In this document: positions 6,215 to 14,541 of the stretch, piece by piece
Position numbering within the stretch: position 1 is the first letter of the stretch
Layout of the letters: each line of letters begins with the position of its first letter
Assembly: GCA_030696105.1 (NCBI GenBank)
Contig: JAUYNJ010000006.1
Span: forward strand, 1-59,493
Source: a bacterium
GTDB taxonomy: Bacteria > Patescibacteriota > Patescibacteriia > Patescibacteriales > UBA12465
Length of the DNA stretch: 59,493 nt
Direction of reading: 5' to 3'
Notes under the pieces: generated by a model
What the model was told of the DNA's origin: nothing
Seen by the model: only the letters and a program-made list of their open reading frames with translations
Database searches by the model: none
Translations under genes and position numbers: made by a program

Positions 6215-7795
6215 TTAACCTCTTGATTTCGGTGTTACCCAAAATCCCATATACTTTCCTCTCATTAATCGCCATTGTGCATCAAGACAAGGAATGGAAC
6301 CAAAAAAGATAATTGTTACGGGTACAAAAATCCACTCTAAAACCATGCGGATATTTTTCCAGACAGTATATTGAGCTGGGCGCTTTGGTAAAAGTAAAGT
6401 TGAAACAACTGCTGACAATACTAAACCAATCATAGCAATGTTCATTAGTGATTGTGTGATTGTCGGCAGGTTACCGGATAATACAGTGGTGTTAAAGCGT
6501 TGTCCGCCGATAAGCATCGGCATCCAACCGATAACCGCAATGATGAGGGCGTTTGTAGCCCAAGAATGGAAACCGTATACTTGCGTAAAGATATGGCTCA
6601 TTAATTTACCACGATCAACAGTCTTCCATCTCTTCATGGTATTAAATAACAAATACGGCACATTCTCAGAACCCCAAGCCCAGCGGCGCTGTTGCTTGTA
6701 TAGACTCTTCGCTGTTTGTTTTAAATTGCGGTCGTAAGTGATATCCATTGAGACCGGAAAATACATCGGTTCAACACGATAATCCCCTTCATAGTGCAAC
6801 AAACAGTTCCAAAAAATGCGGGAATCCTCACTAACCATGTTTGTTGACCAAAAACCAATTTCCGCTAAGGCTCTTAAAGTCATTGAATGAGATGAATAGG
6901 TTACAAGCTGCTCTTCTCTAATCTGCATCATCATCTGCCAGAACGTATTCGATGAGGCGGCCACTCGCGAGAAAAAAGGCGCTTCCCAAAGATTATTGTG
7001 ATAAACAGGAATCGGTTGATAACTGGCGCGATAAGGTGCAGTAACAGTTAAAAACTTATACATCAGAGCGTAAAAGTACCCAGGCTTCACCATGGTGTCA
7101 ATATCAAACACGCTGACTAAGACATCGTCATAATTAAAATTTTCGGCGTCAAGTAAATCACGCTGCACCTGCTTAATGGCCCAAGCTTGATTTGCGCCCT
7201 TACCCTTTAATTCACCGGTAATTCCGTCCGGATGAAAGGTAATTATCAGTCGTCCAAATTTATCTTTAAAACGAGCCTCAATATTGCGCGCACGCTCATG
7301 AGCTTCTTCACCTGCCCGCTCCTCCATCGCGACGACCACTATCATCTGACTTGTAGGAAAGCCATCTTGAAGCAAAGAATCAATGGCGGAGGCAATAATC
7401 TCTTCACTCTCATTGTAATTTGGAAGCACAATTAAATGCCAGTAATCTTTCCAAGTCTTCCCTTGTTTCGCTAAAGAATCTGAGGCAATGCCACGGGCGC
7501 TAAAATCACCAGCCGCGATTGCTTCGACGCGCTCCTTCCAGTTAACCTGAGAATTATATTTCAACTTGCGGTAAGCGGCCACTAAATGAACCGCGAGATA
7601 AACAACAAGCAGCAGCCAATAAACGTTGAAAGCAATTAGAAAAAAAGCAACCCAGACGGGTTTAAAATATGATAGTACTAGCAGAGTAATTAAAGTCGAA
7701 TAGGACAAAAAACCCGGTAGTATTTCAAATATTCGATACCAGCGACGGTCAGAGCCCTCTAAATCAGTCGCTTTCCCTACTTTGAGATAATCCAT
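6215..7795 (-). CDS. Membrane-embedded processive family-2 glycosyltransferase (cellulose/chitin/hyaluronan-synthase-like)
   Basis: N- and C-terminal TM bundles. Motifs DID (DxD), VSEDSR (TED-like) and QQRRW (QxxRW). Confidence 0.75.
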   Translation of the reverse strand: MDYLKVGKATDLEGSDRRWYRIFEILPGFLSYSTLITLLVLSYFKPVWVAFFLIAFNVYWLLLVVYLAVHLVAAYRKLKYNSQVNWKERVEAIAAGDFSARGIASDSLAKQGKTWKDYWHLIVLPNYNESEEIIASAIDSLLQDGFPTSQMIVVVAMEERAGEEAHERARNIEARFKDKFGRLIITFHPDGITGELKGKGANQAWAIKQVQRDLLDAENFNYDDVLVSVFDIDTMVKPGYFYALMYKFLTVTAPYRASYQPIPVYHNNLWEAPFFSRVAASSNTFWQMMMQIREEQLVTYSSHSMTLRALAEIGFWSTNMVSEDSRIFWNCLLHYEGDYRVEPMYFPVSMDITYDRNLKQTAKSLYKQQRRWAWGSENVPYLLFNTMKRWKTVDRGKLMSHIFTQVYGFHSWATNALIIAVIGWMPMLIGGQRFNTTVLSGNLPTITQSLMNIAMIGLVLSAVVSTLLLPKRPAQYTVWKNIRMVLEWIFVPVTIIFFGSIPCLDAQWRLMRGKYMGFWVTPKSRG

Positions 7796-7797
7796 AT

Positions 7798-8373
7798 TTA
7801 AATATTATGTCCGCGACGGCGGATATCATAGAAACAACGGGCAGTCGCCAGCACGTCCACCATCGCGTTATGAGCCTCGGCAAAATCATGACCAAATAAA
7901 AAGCGGTGCAGCTCACCCAGATTCGGCCATTTATAGCCACCGCGACCATTACTAATTCGGCAAATATCGGAACTTGATTTCATCGTGCAAATTTTATGAG
8001 CTGACTCGAGTGTATTCGGTAATTTGTTGCGAAACATTTCGGAGCCGATAATCTTATCATCAAAATCAATATTATGTCCGACCACAGCCTTTGCACGGGC
8101 GATATGGTTATTGAATTCCATTAACACGGTCACTAAATCATGTCCTTCAGCAACTGCCTGCTCGTGCGTTATGCGGTGAATCCGCGTTGATTCTTCAGGA
8201 ACAACAAAACCTACAGGCTTGATGATGTAATCGTAACGATCCCAGGCATTGCCATCATTATCAAACCACGCCCAGGAGAGCTGGACGAGTCTTGGCCAAT
8301 TATTCAAATCGGAAACTGGGGCCTTATAGCTTTTGGGTAGGCCGGTCGTTTCGGTATCGAAAAATAAATTCAT
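7798..8373 (-). CDS. DEDDh 3'-5' exonuclease (DnaQ/epsilon-like)
   Basis: Exo I FDTETTG, Exo II GHNIDFDDKI, Exo III HNAMVDV (H-x4-D). Confidence 0.8.
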   Translation of the reverse strand: MNLFFDTETTGLPKSYKAPVSDLNNWPRLVQLSWAWFDNDGNAWDRYDYIIKPVGFVVPEESTRIHRITHEQAVAEGHDLVTVLMEFNNHIARAKAVVGHNIDFDDKIIGSEMFRNKLPNTLESAHKICTMKSSSDICRISNGRGGYKWPNLGELHRFLFGHDFAEAHNAMVDVLATARCFYDIRRRGHNI

Positions 8374-8375
8374 AA

Positions 8376-10349
8376 TTATTCTGGGCGCCTAGAAAAATCA
8401 ATTACCTCGTCTTCGGAGATATCTTGTTCGGGAGACTTAGATTCTTTTTGCGCGGGGCGCGGTGTTTTTTCTGGCCTGCCCTTAAAGTCAACTGGCTGAG
8501 CGCGATGAAGGTCGGACAATGATAATGCCGGGGGCATTTTTGCTAACTCTTCACTTTTTGCCTGCTTACGTTCCTCGACTTCTACATTTTTTTCCTGGCG
8601 TTTCATCGCCAAACATTCTTTACAAAATACAGGTCGGACACCATCAGGGACGAAAACCGTGGTCGTCTCCACGCCACAACGCGAACAGGTTGCTGGATAA
8701 CCAACCTTTTCGCTTGCCAGCGGTCTAACTACCGCCTCAACTGGCCTCGCTGTAACCGTCGGGACTGGTGTTACCACATGATTATTGTGGACCAAAGCGG
8801 CTGGACGCTGGGGCGTAGGCGGAGGGGTTGATACTGGCGGGTAGACTTGAGCAACAGGAGAGGTTGATACTGGGGCTGCTGATTTTGGTGTGGGTTCCCC
8901 ACTTTTTTGAGGAGCTGGTACTGCTTTTTCAGTGGCTGGAGTCGCTCTTACGACCGGTGCGGATGCCGGGGCTTTAGTAGTAGTCACAGGATCTGGATTA
9001 TAAGTTCTAGTGGTCGCCGCCGGACGTGGAGTAGAGGGTGTCAGAATCGCCGGACTAGTACTTGGAGCCTCCTCTACTTCATGCCAGCGCAAAATGCGAT
9101 CTTCTACTTCAGAACGACGACTGGCAAATTTTTCTCTTGAAACCTCTATCACCTTATCAACGTTAAAGGTGCGCTCTTCGTCGGTGAGCGGAGCTAAACC
9201 CTTTGCCGAAAAAGGAGAAGATGCGACACCGTCAATCATTAATTTTAAATACATTTCATACTTTGGTAGATTCACTAAATCTTCCTCAGTGAATACAGGG
9301 GCGAATTCTTTTGCCAACTCTTCGGCATCAGTTGCCCCGACACGGAAGGAAACCATCGTACCAACGTTACCAAAGACGGCCGGTTTCACTTTTTCACTCA
9401 ACTGTTCAATATATTGATGAGCAAGAATGAGATTTAAATGATATTTTCGGGCTTCAGATAAAATGTTGGCAAAACTGTCGGTTGAGAAATTTTGGAATTC
9501 ATCGATATAAAGATAAAAATCTTTACGCTCCTTCTCGGGCATATCGACACGACTCATAGCGGCTAACTGAATTTTGGTAATCATCATCGCCCCAAGTAAG
9601 GCAGAGTTATCTTCACCGATTCGACCCTTACTTAAATTCATGATTAAAATCTTACCATCATCCATGATTTCACGAATATTAATTGCAGATTTTACCTGAC
9701 CGATAATATTACGCATCAAGGAGCTTGATAAGAATTGTCCAACCTTATTCTGAATTGGAGACACCGCTTCGGAAGCAAACTTATCGGCATAGGAAGCAAA
9801 TTCTTTTTCCCAGAAAGCTTTAACGACCGGATCCTTAATATTTGCCACCACTCGTTTGCGATATGTTTTATCCGACAGCATGCGCACAACGCCCAAAAGC
9901 GTGGAACCAGGAAAATCCAGAATCGCTAAAATTGCATTTCTCAAAATGTATTCCAAACGAGGACCCCAAGAATCAGCCCAAAGTTTTTGGAAGACGCCGA
10001 GAAGCCCTGAGGCAACGAGGTGACGTAAGTGTGGCTCAACTTGTTCGAGAACGTTAAAAGCAATCGGAAAATCCATGTCTGCCGGATTGAAATACACAAC
10101 GTCTTTAATACGATTGTTAGGAATATACTGAATTATCTTTTCCGCCAAATCGCCATGCGGATCAACCACCGCCAAACCATGACCAGCGCGGATATCGCCG
10201 ACGATCATGTTCTCCTGAATCGTCGACTTACCCATGCCAGTTTTTCCAATCAAATACATATGACGGCGTCGGTCGTCAGTTTTAATGCCGAATTTCTTGA
10301 ACTGGTTGCGAAAAGTTGTTTCAGCGAATAACGCTATATCTTGGCTCAT
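8376..10349 (-). CDS. Soluble TraD/TraG/VirD4-family (type IV coupling-protein-like) P-loop ATPase with a Pro/Thr-rich linker and a C-terminal CxxC-x17-CxxC zinc ribbon
   Basis: Walker A GKTGMGKST, DPHGDL, Walker B YLYIDEFQNF, no N-terminal TM. A P/T/A/V-rich low-complexity stretch spans about 8700-9077. CSRC-x17-CKEC lies at 8613-8687, followed by a K/E-rich tail. Confidence 0.7.
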   Translation of the reverse strand: MSQDIALFAETTFRNQFKKFGIKTDDRRRHMYLIGKTGMGKSTIQENMIVGDIRAGHGLAVVDPHGDLAEKIIQYIPNNRIKDVVYFNPADMDFPIAFNVLEQVEPHLRHLVASGLLGVFQKLWADSWGPRLEYILRNAILAILDFPGSTLLGVVRMLSDKTYRKRVVANIKDPVVKAFWEKEFASYADKFASEAVSPIQNKVGQFLSSSLMRNIIGQVKSAINIREIMDDGKILIMNLSKGRIGEDNSALLGAMMITKIQLAAMSRVDMPEKERKDFYLYIDEFQNFSTDSFANILSEARKYHLNLILAHQYIEQLSEKVKPAVFGNVGTMVSFRVGATDAEELAKEFAPVFTEEDLVNLPKYEMYLKLMIDGVASSPFSAKGLAPLTDEERTFNVDKVIEVSREKFASRRSEVEDRILRWHEVEEAPSTSPAILTPSTPRPAATTRTYNPDPVTTTKAPASAPVVRATPATEKAVPAPQKSGEPTPKSAAPVSTSPVAQVYPPVSTPPPTPQRPAALVHNNHVVTPVPTVTARPVEAVVRPLASEKVGYPATCSRCGVETTTVFVPDGVRPVFCKECLAMKRQEKNVEVEERKQAKSEELAKMPPALSLSDLHRAQPVDFKGRPEKTPRPAQKESKSPEQDISEDEVIDFSRRPE

Positions 10350-10370
10350 AATTATAATTACTCCGACCTT

Positions 10371-10664
10371 TTAAAGGCCAGCATTAGTTTTCACTAAATC
10401 AATTAACTGCTGATACGAGTCTTTAATGAATGGTGGTAAGTACAAAACACCGATGCCGATTGAGACGAGAATTAATAGGAATTTTAACCAACCAAACACC
10501 CTTTGCCAGGCAACCCAAAGATTGATGTGCCTCACCATTACTAAAATTTCCTTATTCATGACGGCATTTTCCTTGAGTAGTCTGTGAATTTCTTCGCCAT
10601 AATTAACCTTAGGCTCTTCAATTACGACCTCCTTAACTTCGTCCTTTTTTTCTTCATTCGACAT
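10371..10664 (-). CDS. Small membrane protein, unknown function
   Basis: 97-aa ORF with an acidic N-terminus and one or two TM segments (WLKFLLILVSIGIGVLYL). Confidence 0.5.
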   Translation of the reverse strand: MSNEEKKDEVKEVVIEEPKVNYGEEIHRLLKENAVMNKEILVMVRHINLWVAWQRVFGWLKFLLILVSIGIGVLYLPPFIKDSYQQLIDLVKTNAGL

Positions 10665-10667
10665 AAA

Positions 10668-11393
10668 TTAAATTCGAGCTCGACATTCCTTGACATATTT
10701 ACTGCCAATCAGTGCCAAAGACTCTAATTCCTTATCCAAAAAGGTCTGCTTGCCCTCAAAGGAGGTGTTAACCAAATTTGTGTCAGGTTTAAATTTTTGC
10801 AAATACCAGCGATTTGCTCCCGATATAATTTCCCCCATCTTGCGAATATCATCCTCATTGTGAAACTCGGGTAAGAGGGTACTCCTAAACTCATAGGGCA
10901 AGCCGCTTGTCATTATCATTTTAACACTTTTTTGCAATTTCTCTAAATTCACCGGCACGCCCACAACTGCCTCATACTTCTCCCACGGCGCTTTAATATC
11001 CATTGCAATGTAATCTATTAATTTCTTATCAATTAAGCGTTTGAGCATATCGGGGTTAGTACCGTTTGAATCAAGTTTAACTAACAGGTCCCGGTCTTTT
11101 ATTTTTTTTATAAATTCAGGTAAATCAGCATGCAGCGTTGGCTCCCCGCCAGTAATAACGACACCATCTAGTTTTCCCTTTCTATTTTCCAAAAAAAGAA
11201 AAAGGTCTTCCTCTTTAAGAGAAAAACCTTTATCTTTATTTGATTCGTCCGCCTCCGATTTTACACGGGGCAAGACAAGCATGGGGTTGTAACAAAAGTG
11301 GCAACGGAAATTACATCCCTGAGTAAACACGATTGCGGCCAGATTATCTGGGTAGTCGAGCAGTGTCAATTTTTCTAATCCACCAATTATCAT
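10668..11393 (-). CDS. nrdG: Anaerobic ribonucleoside-triphosphate reductase activating protein (radical SAM)
   Basis: CNFRCHFCYN radical-SAM CxxxCxxC cluster, VVITGGEPT, and its position in the nrd operon. Confidence 0.85.
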   Translation of the reverse strand: MIIGGLEKLTLLDYPDNLAAIVFTQGCNFRCHFCYNPMLVLPRVKSEADESNKDKGFSLKEEDLFLFLENRKGKLDGVVITGGEPTLHADLPEFIKKIKDRDLLVKLDSNGTNPDMLKRLIDKKLIDYIAMDIKAPWEKYEAVVGVPVNLEKLQKSVKMIMTSGLPYEFRSTLLPEFHNEDDIRKMGEIISGANRWYLQKFKPDTNLVNTSFEGKQTFLDKELESLALIGSKYVKECRARI

Positions 11394-11460
11394 ATAAGAG
11401 CGGGCTCCCGGAGCTGCCGGGATTATAGCAACGGCACTTCCCCGCGCTCCTGTAAGCTAA

Positions 11461-11607
11461 TTATTTTTGTGAGCCTTCAACCTTGAAGGTTTTGCGATCA
11501 ACATACTCCGAAGCCTTCCCCGGATTATAGTTTTTGACCGGTGTCAACCAACCGACGACGCGGCTGTAGACGATGCATTCTTGGCGAACTGTAGTAATGG
11601 GGCTCAT
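11461..11607 (-). CDS. 48-codon ORF encoding the C-terminal glycyl-radical segment of class III RNR; not in the supplied ORF track
   Basis: Hand translation: MSPITTVRQECIVYSRVVGWLTPVKNYNPGKASEYVDRKTFKVEGSQK. It contains the YSRVVG(Y/W) glycyl-radical loop and an NxGK motif normally found at the NrdD C-terminus. It lies between nrdD and nrdG. No SD is visible, though most genes here lack one. Confidence 0.55.
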   Translation of the reverse strand: MSPITTVRQECIVYSRVVGWLTPVKNYNPGKASEYVDRKTFKVEGSQK

Positions 11608-11675
11608 ATCGATCTATTCTGAAAAAGTGAAGCGCGGCCTCTATCTTTTTCAAGAATTATTAAAAAAATAAAAAA

Positions 11676-13730
11676 TTAATTGATTTCACCAGTGCGCTCT
11701 GATTGCATTTCAGCGCTCGTATAACCCATTTCCTCGTCGCACTTCGGACAATATTTATGCTCGCCGGATAAGTATCCATGTTTCGGACAAATCGAGAAGG
11801 TTGGAGTGATGGTAAAATAAGGAAGACGGTAATTTTCAATGATGCGTTTAGCTAATTTCTTAGCAACATCACCATCTGTTAAGCGTTCACCGAGATAACC
11901 ATGCAAAACTGTGCCACCAGTGTATTTAATCTGTAAGTCGTCCTGTAAATCAAGCGCAGCGAAGATATCATCAGAGTAATTAACGTGCAAGTGTGTTGAA
12001 TTCGTGTAATAAGGAGCGGCGCCAGCCTTGGCGGCTTCAGTGTTAGCGAAAATCATATCTGGGTATATCTCTAAATCTTTCTTGGCGAAGCGATAGGTGC
12101 AGCCTTCACCTGGAGTTGCTTCCAAATTGTAAAGATTATTCGTTTCATTCTGATAATCCATCAAGCGTTCGCGCATTGTGTCCATCACTTCCAGCGCGAA
12201 TGCGTGACCCTCAGGAGTCGTAATATCCTTACCAAGTAAGTTGAGTAAGGCCTCATTCATGCCATTAATACCGATAGTGTTGAAATGATTCTGCCAGTAA
12301 GTGCCAAAGCGAGCTTTAATATCGGCTAAGTAATGACGGGAGTAAGGATATAGGCCATCTTCAGAGAATTTCTCAATCACCTTACGCTTTATTTCCAAAC
12401 TTTCTTTTGCAATGTCCATTAACTTTAGAACTCTTTCCTTGAACTCCTCCTTAGTCTTCATTGTATACCCAATACGAGCAAGATTCAAAGTAACAACACC
12501 TAAGCTTCCGGTTAAGGGATTTGCTCCAAAAAGCCCGCCACCACGTTTACGTAATTCACGATTATCAAGTCTCAGGCGACAGCACATTGAACGGGCGTCA
12601 TCGCGATCCATGTCAGAATTTACGAAATTTGAAAAGTAAGGCACACCATACTTCGCAGTCATCTCCCAGACTGGCTTCATGCTCTCTCTATCCCAGTCAA
12701 ACTCCTTATCAATCATGTAGGTTGGAATCGGGAAGCCAAAGACGCGTCCAGTTGAATCACCCTCCAACATAACCTCAGCAAAAGCCTTGTTAAACATGTC
12801 CATTTCCACCTGAAAATCTTTATACTTTTCTGGCTTGATTTCACCGCCAAGAATCACATTTTCCTCACCAACTAATTTTGAAGGAGTCACGTCCATCGTA
12901 ATATTAGTGAAGGGTGTCTGGAAGCCAACTCTAGTCGGCACATTGATGTTGAACATGAACTCCTGCAGACCTTGCTTAACTTCCTTATAATTCAGGCCGT
13001 CGTAGCGAATGAAAGGCGCAAGATAAGTATCAAAGTTAGCGAAGGCCTGCGCGCCGGCGGCTTCACCCTGCATGGTGTAAAAGAAATTAACAATTTGCCC
13101 CAGAGCACTACGGAAATGCTTCGGCGGTTTGCTTTGTACTTTTTCCGAGACCCCACCAAAACCTTTAATTAACAGGTCCTTTAAATCCCAGCCGCAACAA
13201 TAAGGTGCAAGCAAACCAAGATCATGAATGTGAAGATCGCCATTAATATGCGCTTCACGAATAGACTGAGGGTATAATTTGTTAAGCCAATAACGAGCGG
13301 AGACAGCGGAGGCAATATAATTATTTAAACCCTGCACCGAGAAACTCATGTTACTATTTTCTTTCAAGCGCCAGTCAGCGCGGCCCAAGTAATCCTCCAT
13401 CAACTTTTCATCCGATGTCGCCTTACTTAATTCACGCAACTGTCTATGCTGATCGCGATATAGGATATAAGCCTTGGCGGTTGCGATTTGTTTATGTTCA
13501 ATTAAAATCTCTTCGACGATATCCTGCACCTCTTCAACCGCCGGGATACTATTCTTATGAAATTTCTGTGCCACCTTGGCAACTACTTCTTGAGTAAGCT
13601 CATTAGCTAAAGCTTCATCATCAATCTCAACCGAGAGGGCGGCTTTGTAAATAGCTTCCTTGATTTTTGGCTGACTGAAGTCAACTATCTCCCCGGAGCG
13701 TTTCCGGATCTGGCTGATAATTTCGGACAT
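11676..13730 (-). CDS. nrdD: Anaerobic ribonucleoside-triphosphate reductase large part; ends before the glycyl-radical loop
   Basis: N-terminal ATP-cone, the CCRL finger-loop motif (SMCCRLRLD), and PYFTITPTFSICPKHGYLSGEHKYCPKC (Zn site). The ORF stops 24 codons after CPKC without an RVxGY motif. Confidence 0.85.
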   Translation of the reverse strand: MSEIISQIRKRSGEIVDFSQPKIKEAIYKAALSVEIDDEALANELTQEVVAKVAQKFHKNSIPAVEEVQDIVEEILIEHKQIATAKAYILYRDQHRQLRELSKATSDEKLMEDYLGRADWRLKENSNMSFSVQGLNNYIASAVSARYWLNKLYPQSIREAHINGDLHIHDLGLLAPYCCGWDLKDLLIKGFGGVSEKVQSKPPKHFRSALGQIVNFFYTMQGEAAGAQAFANFDTYLAPFIRYDGLNYKEVKQGLQEFMFNINVPTRVGFQTPFTNITMDVTPSKLVGEENVILGGEIKPEKYKDFQVEMDMFNKAFAEVMLEGDSTGRVFGFPIPTYMIDKEFDWDRESMKPVWEMTAKYGVPYFSNFVNSDMDRDDARSMCCRLRLDNRELRKRGGGLFGANPLTGSLGVVTLNLARIGYTMKTKEEFKERVLKLMDIAKESLEIKRKVIEKFSEDGLYPYSRHYLADIKARFGTYWQNHFNTIGINGMNEALLNLLGKDITTPEGHAFALEVMDTMRERLMDYQNETNNLYNLEATPGEGCTYRFAKKDLEIYPDMIFANTEAAKAGAAPYYTNSTHLHVNYSDDIFAALDLQDDLQIKYTGGTVLHGYLGERLTDGDVAKKLAKRIIENYRLPYFTITPTFSICPKHGYLSGEHKYCPKCDEEMGYTSAEMQSERTGEIN

Positions 13731-13819
13731 GGCGTTTTTAAACGATCGCGGGGTTGAAGATCAAGGATTATCCTCCATTATCCTAAGTCTTAAACCGCGC
13801 CATCGCCACAATATTTAAT

Positions 13820-14278
13820 TTATTTTTTTTCTTTAATCAATTTATTCAACTCGCGACGGAATTCATTCGCATCTTTGAAAGATTCATATACTGAAGCGTA
13901 CCGAATATAGGCGACAGGGTCAGTTTTCTTTAAATGTTTCATCACTATTTGTCCAACTTGCAGTGAAGTTACTTCTCCTTGTCTCATTTTCTGTAAATCT
14001 CGTTCGATGCCGTGTATAATCTGCTTAAATTTATCCTCTGTTACTGATCTTTTTTCTAAAGACTTTCTTAAACCGCTTATCAGTTTTTCACGGCTGTAAG
14101 ATTCACGACGTCCATCGCGTTTAACAATAATAAGATCAAGAATTTCAATTTCTTCGTAAGTTGAGAAGCGAAAAGTACACTTCAAACATTCGCGGCGGCG
14201 GCGTATTGAAAGCCCATCCGGTGCAACGCGAGAGTCAACAACTTTAGTGTCGTGATAATAACAAACCGGACATTTCAT
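13820..14278 (-). CDS. nrdR: Transcriptional repressor NrdR
   Basis: Zn ribbon MKCPVC...CLKC followed by an ATP-cone. 152 aa, first gene of the nrd operon. Confidence 0.9.
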   Translation of the reverse strand: MKCPVCYYHDTKVVDSRVAPDGLSIRRRRECLKCTFRFSTYEEIEILDLIIVKRDGRRESYSREKLISGLRKSLEKRSVTEDKFKQIIHGIERDLQKMRQGEVTSLQVGQIVMKHLKKTDPVAYIRYASVYESFKDANEFRRELNKLIKEKK

Positions 14279-14291
14279 AAATACTTGATAA

Positions 14292-14307
14292 AAGCTATAT
14301 TTTGTGG
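14292..14307. promoter_or_regulatory. Candidate NrdR box 1
   Basis: AAGCTATATTTTGTGG compared with the published NrdR-box consensus acaCwAtATaTwGtgt. The right half and centre match well. Confidence 0.45.
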
Positions 14308-14323
14308 GCTGTTTAACGTTTGC

Positions 14324-14339
14324 CCACTAAATCTAGTAA
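14324..14339. promoter_or_regulatory. Candidate NrdR box 2
   Basis: CCACTAAATCTAGTAA compared with the same consensus. It starts 32 bp from box 1 (about 3 helical turns), the spacing known for tandem NrdR boxes. Confidence 0.4.
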
Positions 14340-14347
14340 TTAACTTC

Positions 14348-14376
14348 ATTATAGCAGAATCCAAAATGTGGGTCAA
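14348..14376 (-). promoter_or_regulatory. Promoter of the nrdR-nrdD-nrdG operon
   Basis: Minus strand reads TTGACC (14376..14371), N17, TATAAT (14353..14348). The NrdR boxes lie immediately downstream. Confidence 0.55.
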
Positions 14377-14493
14377 AATCAACTAATATTCATATAAAAT
14401 TTAAGTGAAAGGCGCCTAAACACGCTCAGCAAAATAGCTTATCCACAGCAAGCTGTAGCCCTTTTATTTAAAGGCTAAACATTTACAGGGATA

Positions 14494-14516
14494 ATAAAAG
14501 CCCGTAACTACGGGCT
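14494..14516 (-). terminator. Terminator after the 238-aa GT2 gene
   Basis: Minus strand reads AGCCCGTAGTTACGGGCT followed by TTTTATTAT. Confidence 0.5.
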
Positions 14517-14541
14517 AAATAAATTGCAGTAATTTTTAATA

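Noticed and set aside
7798-10349. Calling this a conjugative element or a complete type IV secretion system.
   Set aside because: Only a coupling-protein-like ATPase is present. No relaxase, VirB4, VirB6, VirB8-11, integrase or oriT-like repeats are in the window. The pilin-like modules are 25 kb away and fused to giant proteins.
11608-11675. Group I intron, intein or a simple frameshift as the explanation for the nrdD interruption.
   Set aside because: The spacer is only 68 nt, far too short for a group I or group II intron. An intein would be in frame and hundreds of codons long. All three frames contain stops, so a single indel cannot restore one ORF.
13731-13819. The direct repeat GGATAAT-GGA-GGATAAT in the nrdR-nrdD spacer as a riboswitch or regulatory repeat.
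   Set aside because: It is only two 7-nt copies, with no supporting secondary structure or known motif. It is too weak to report as a feature.
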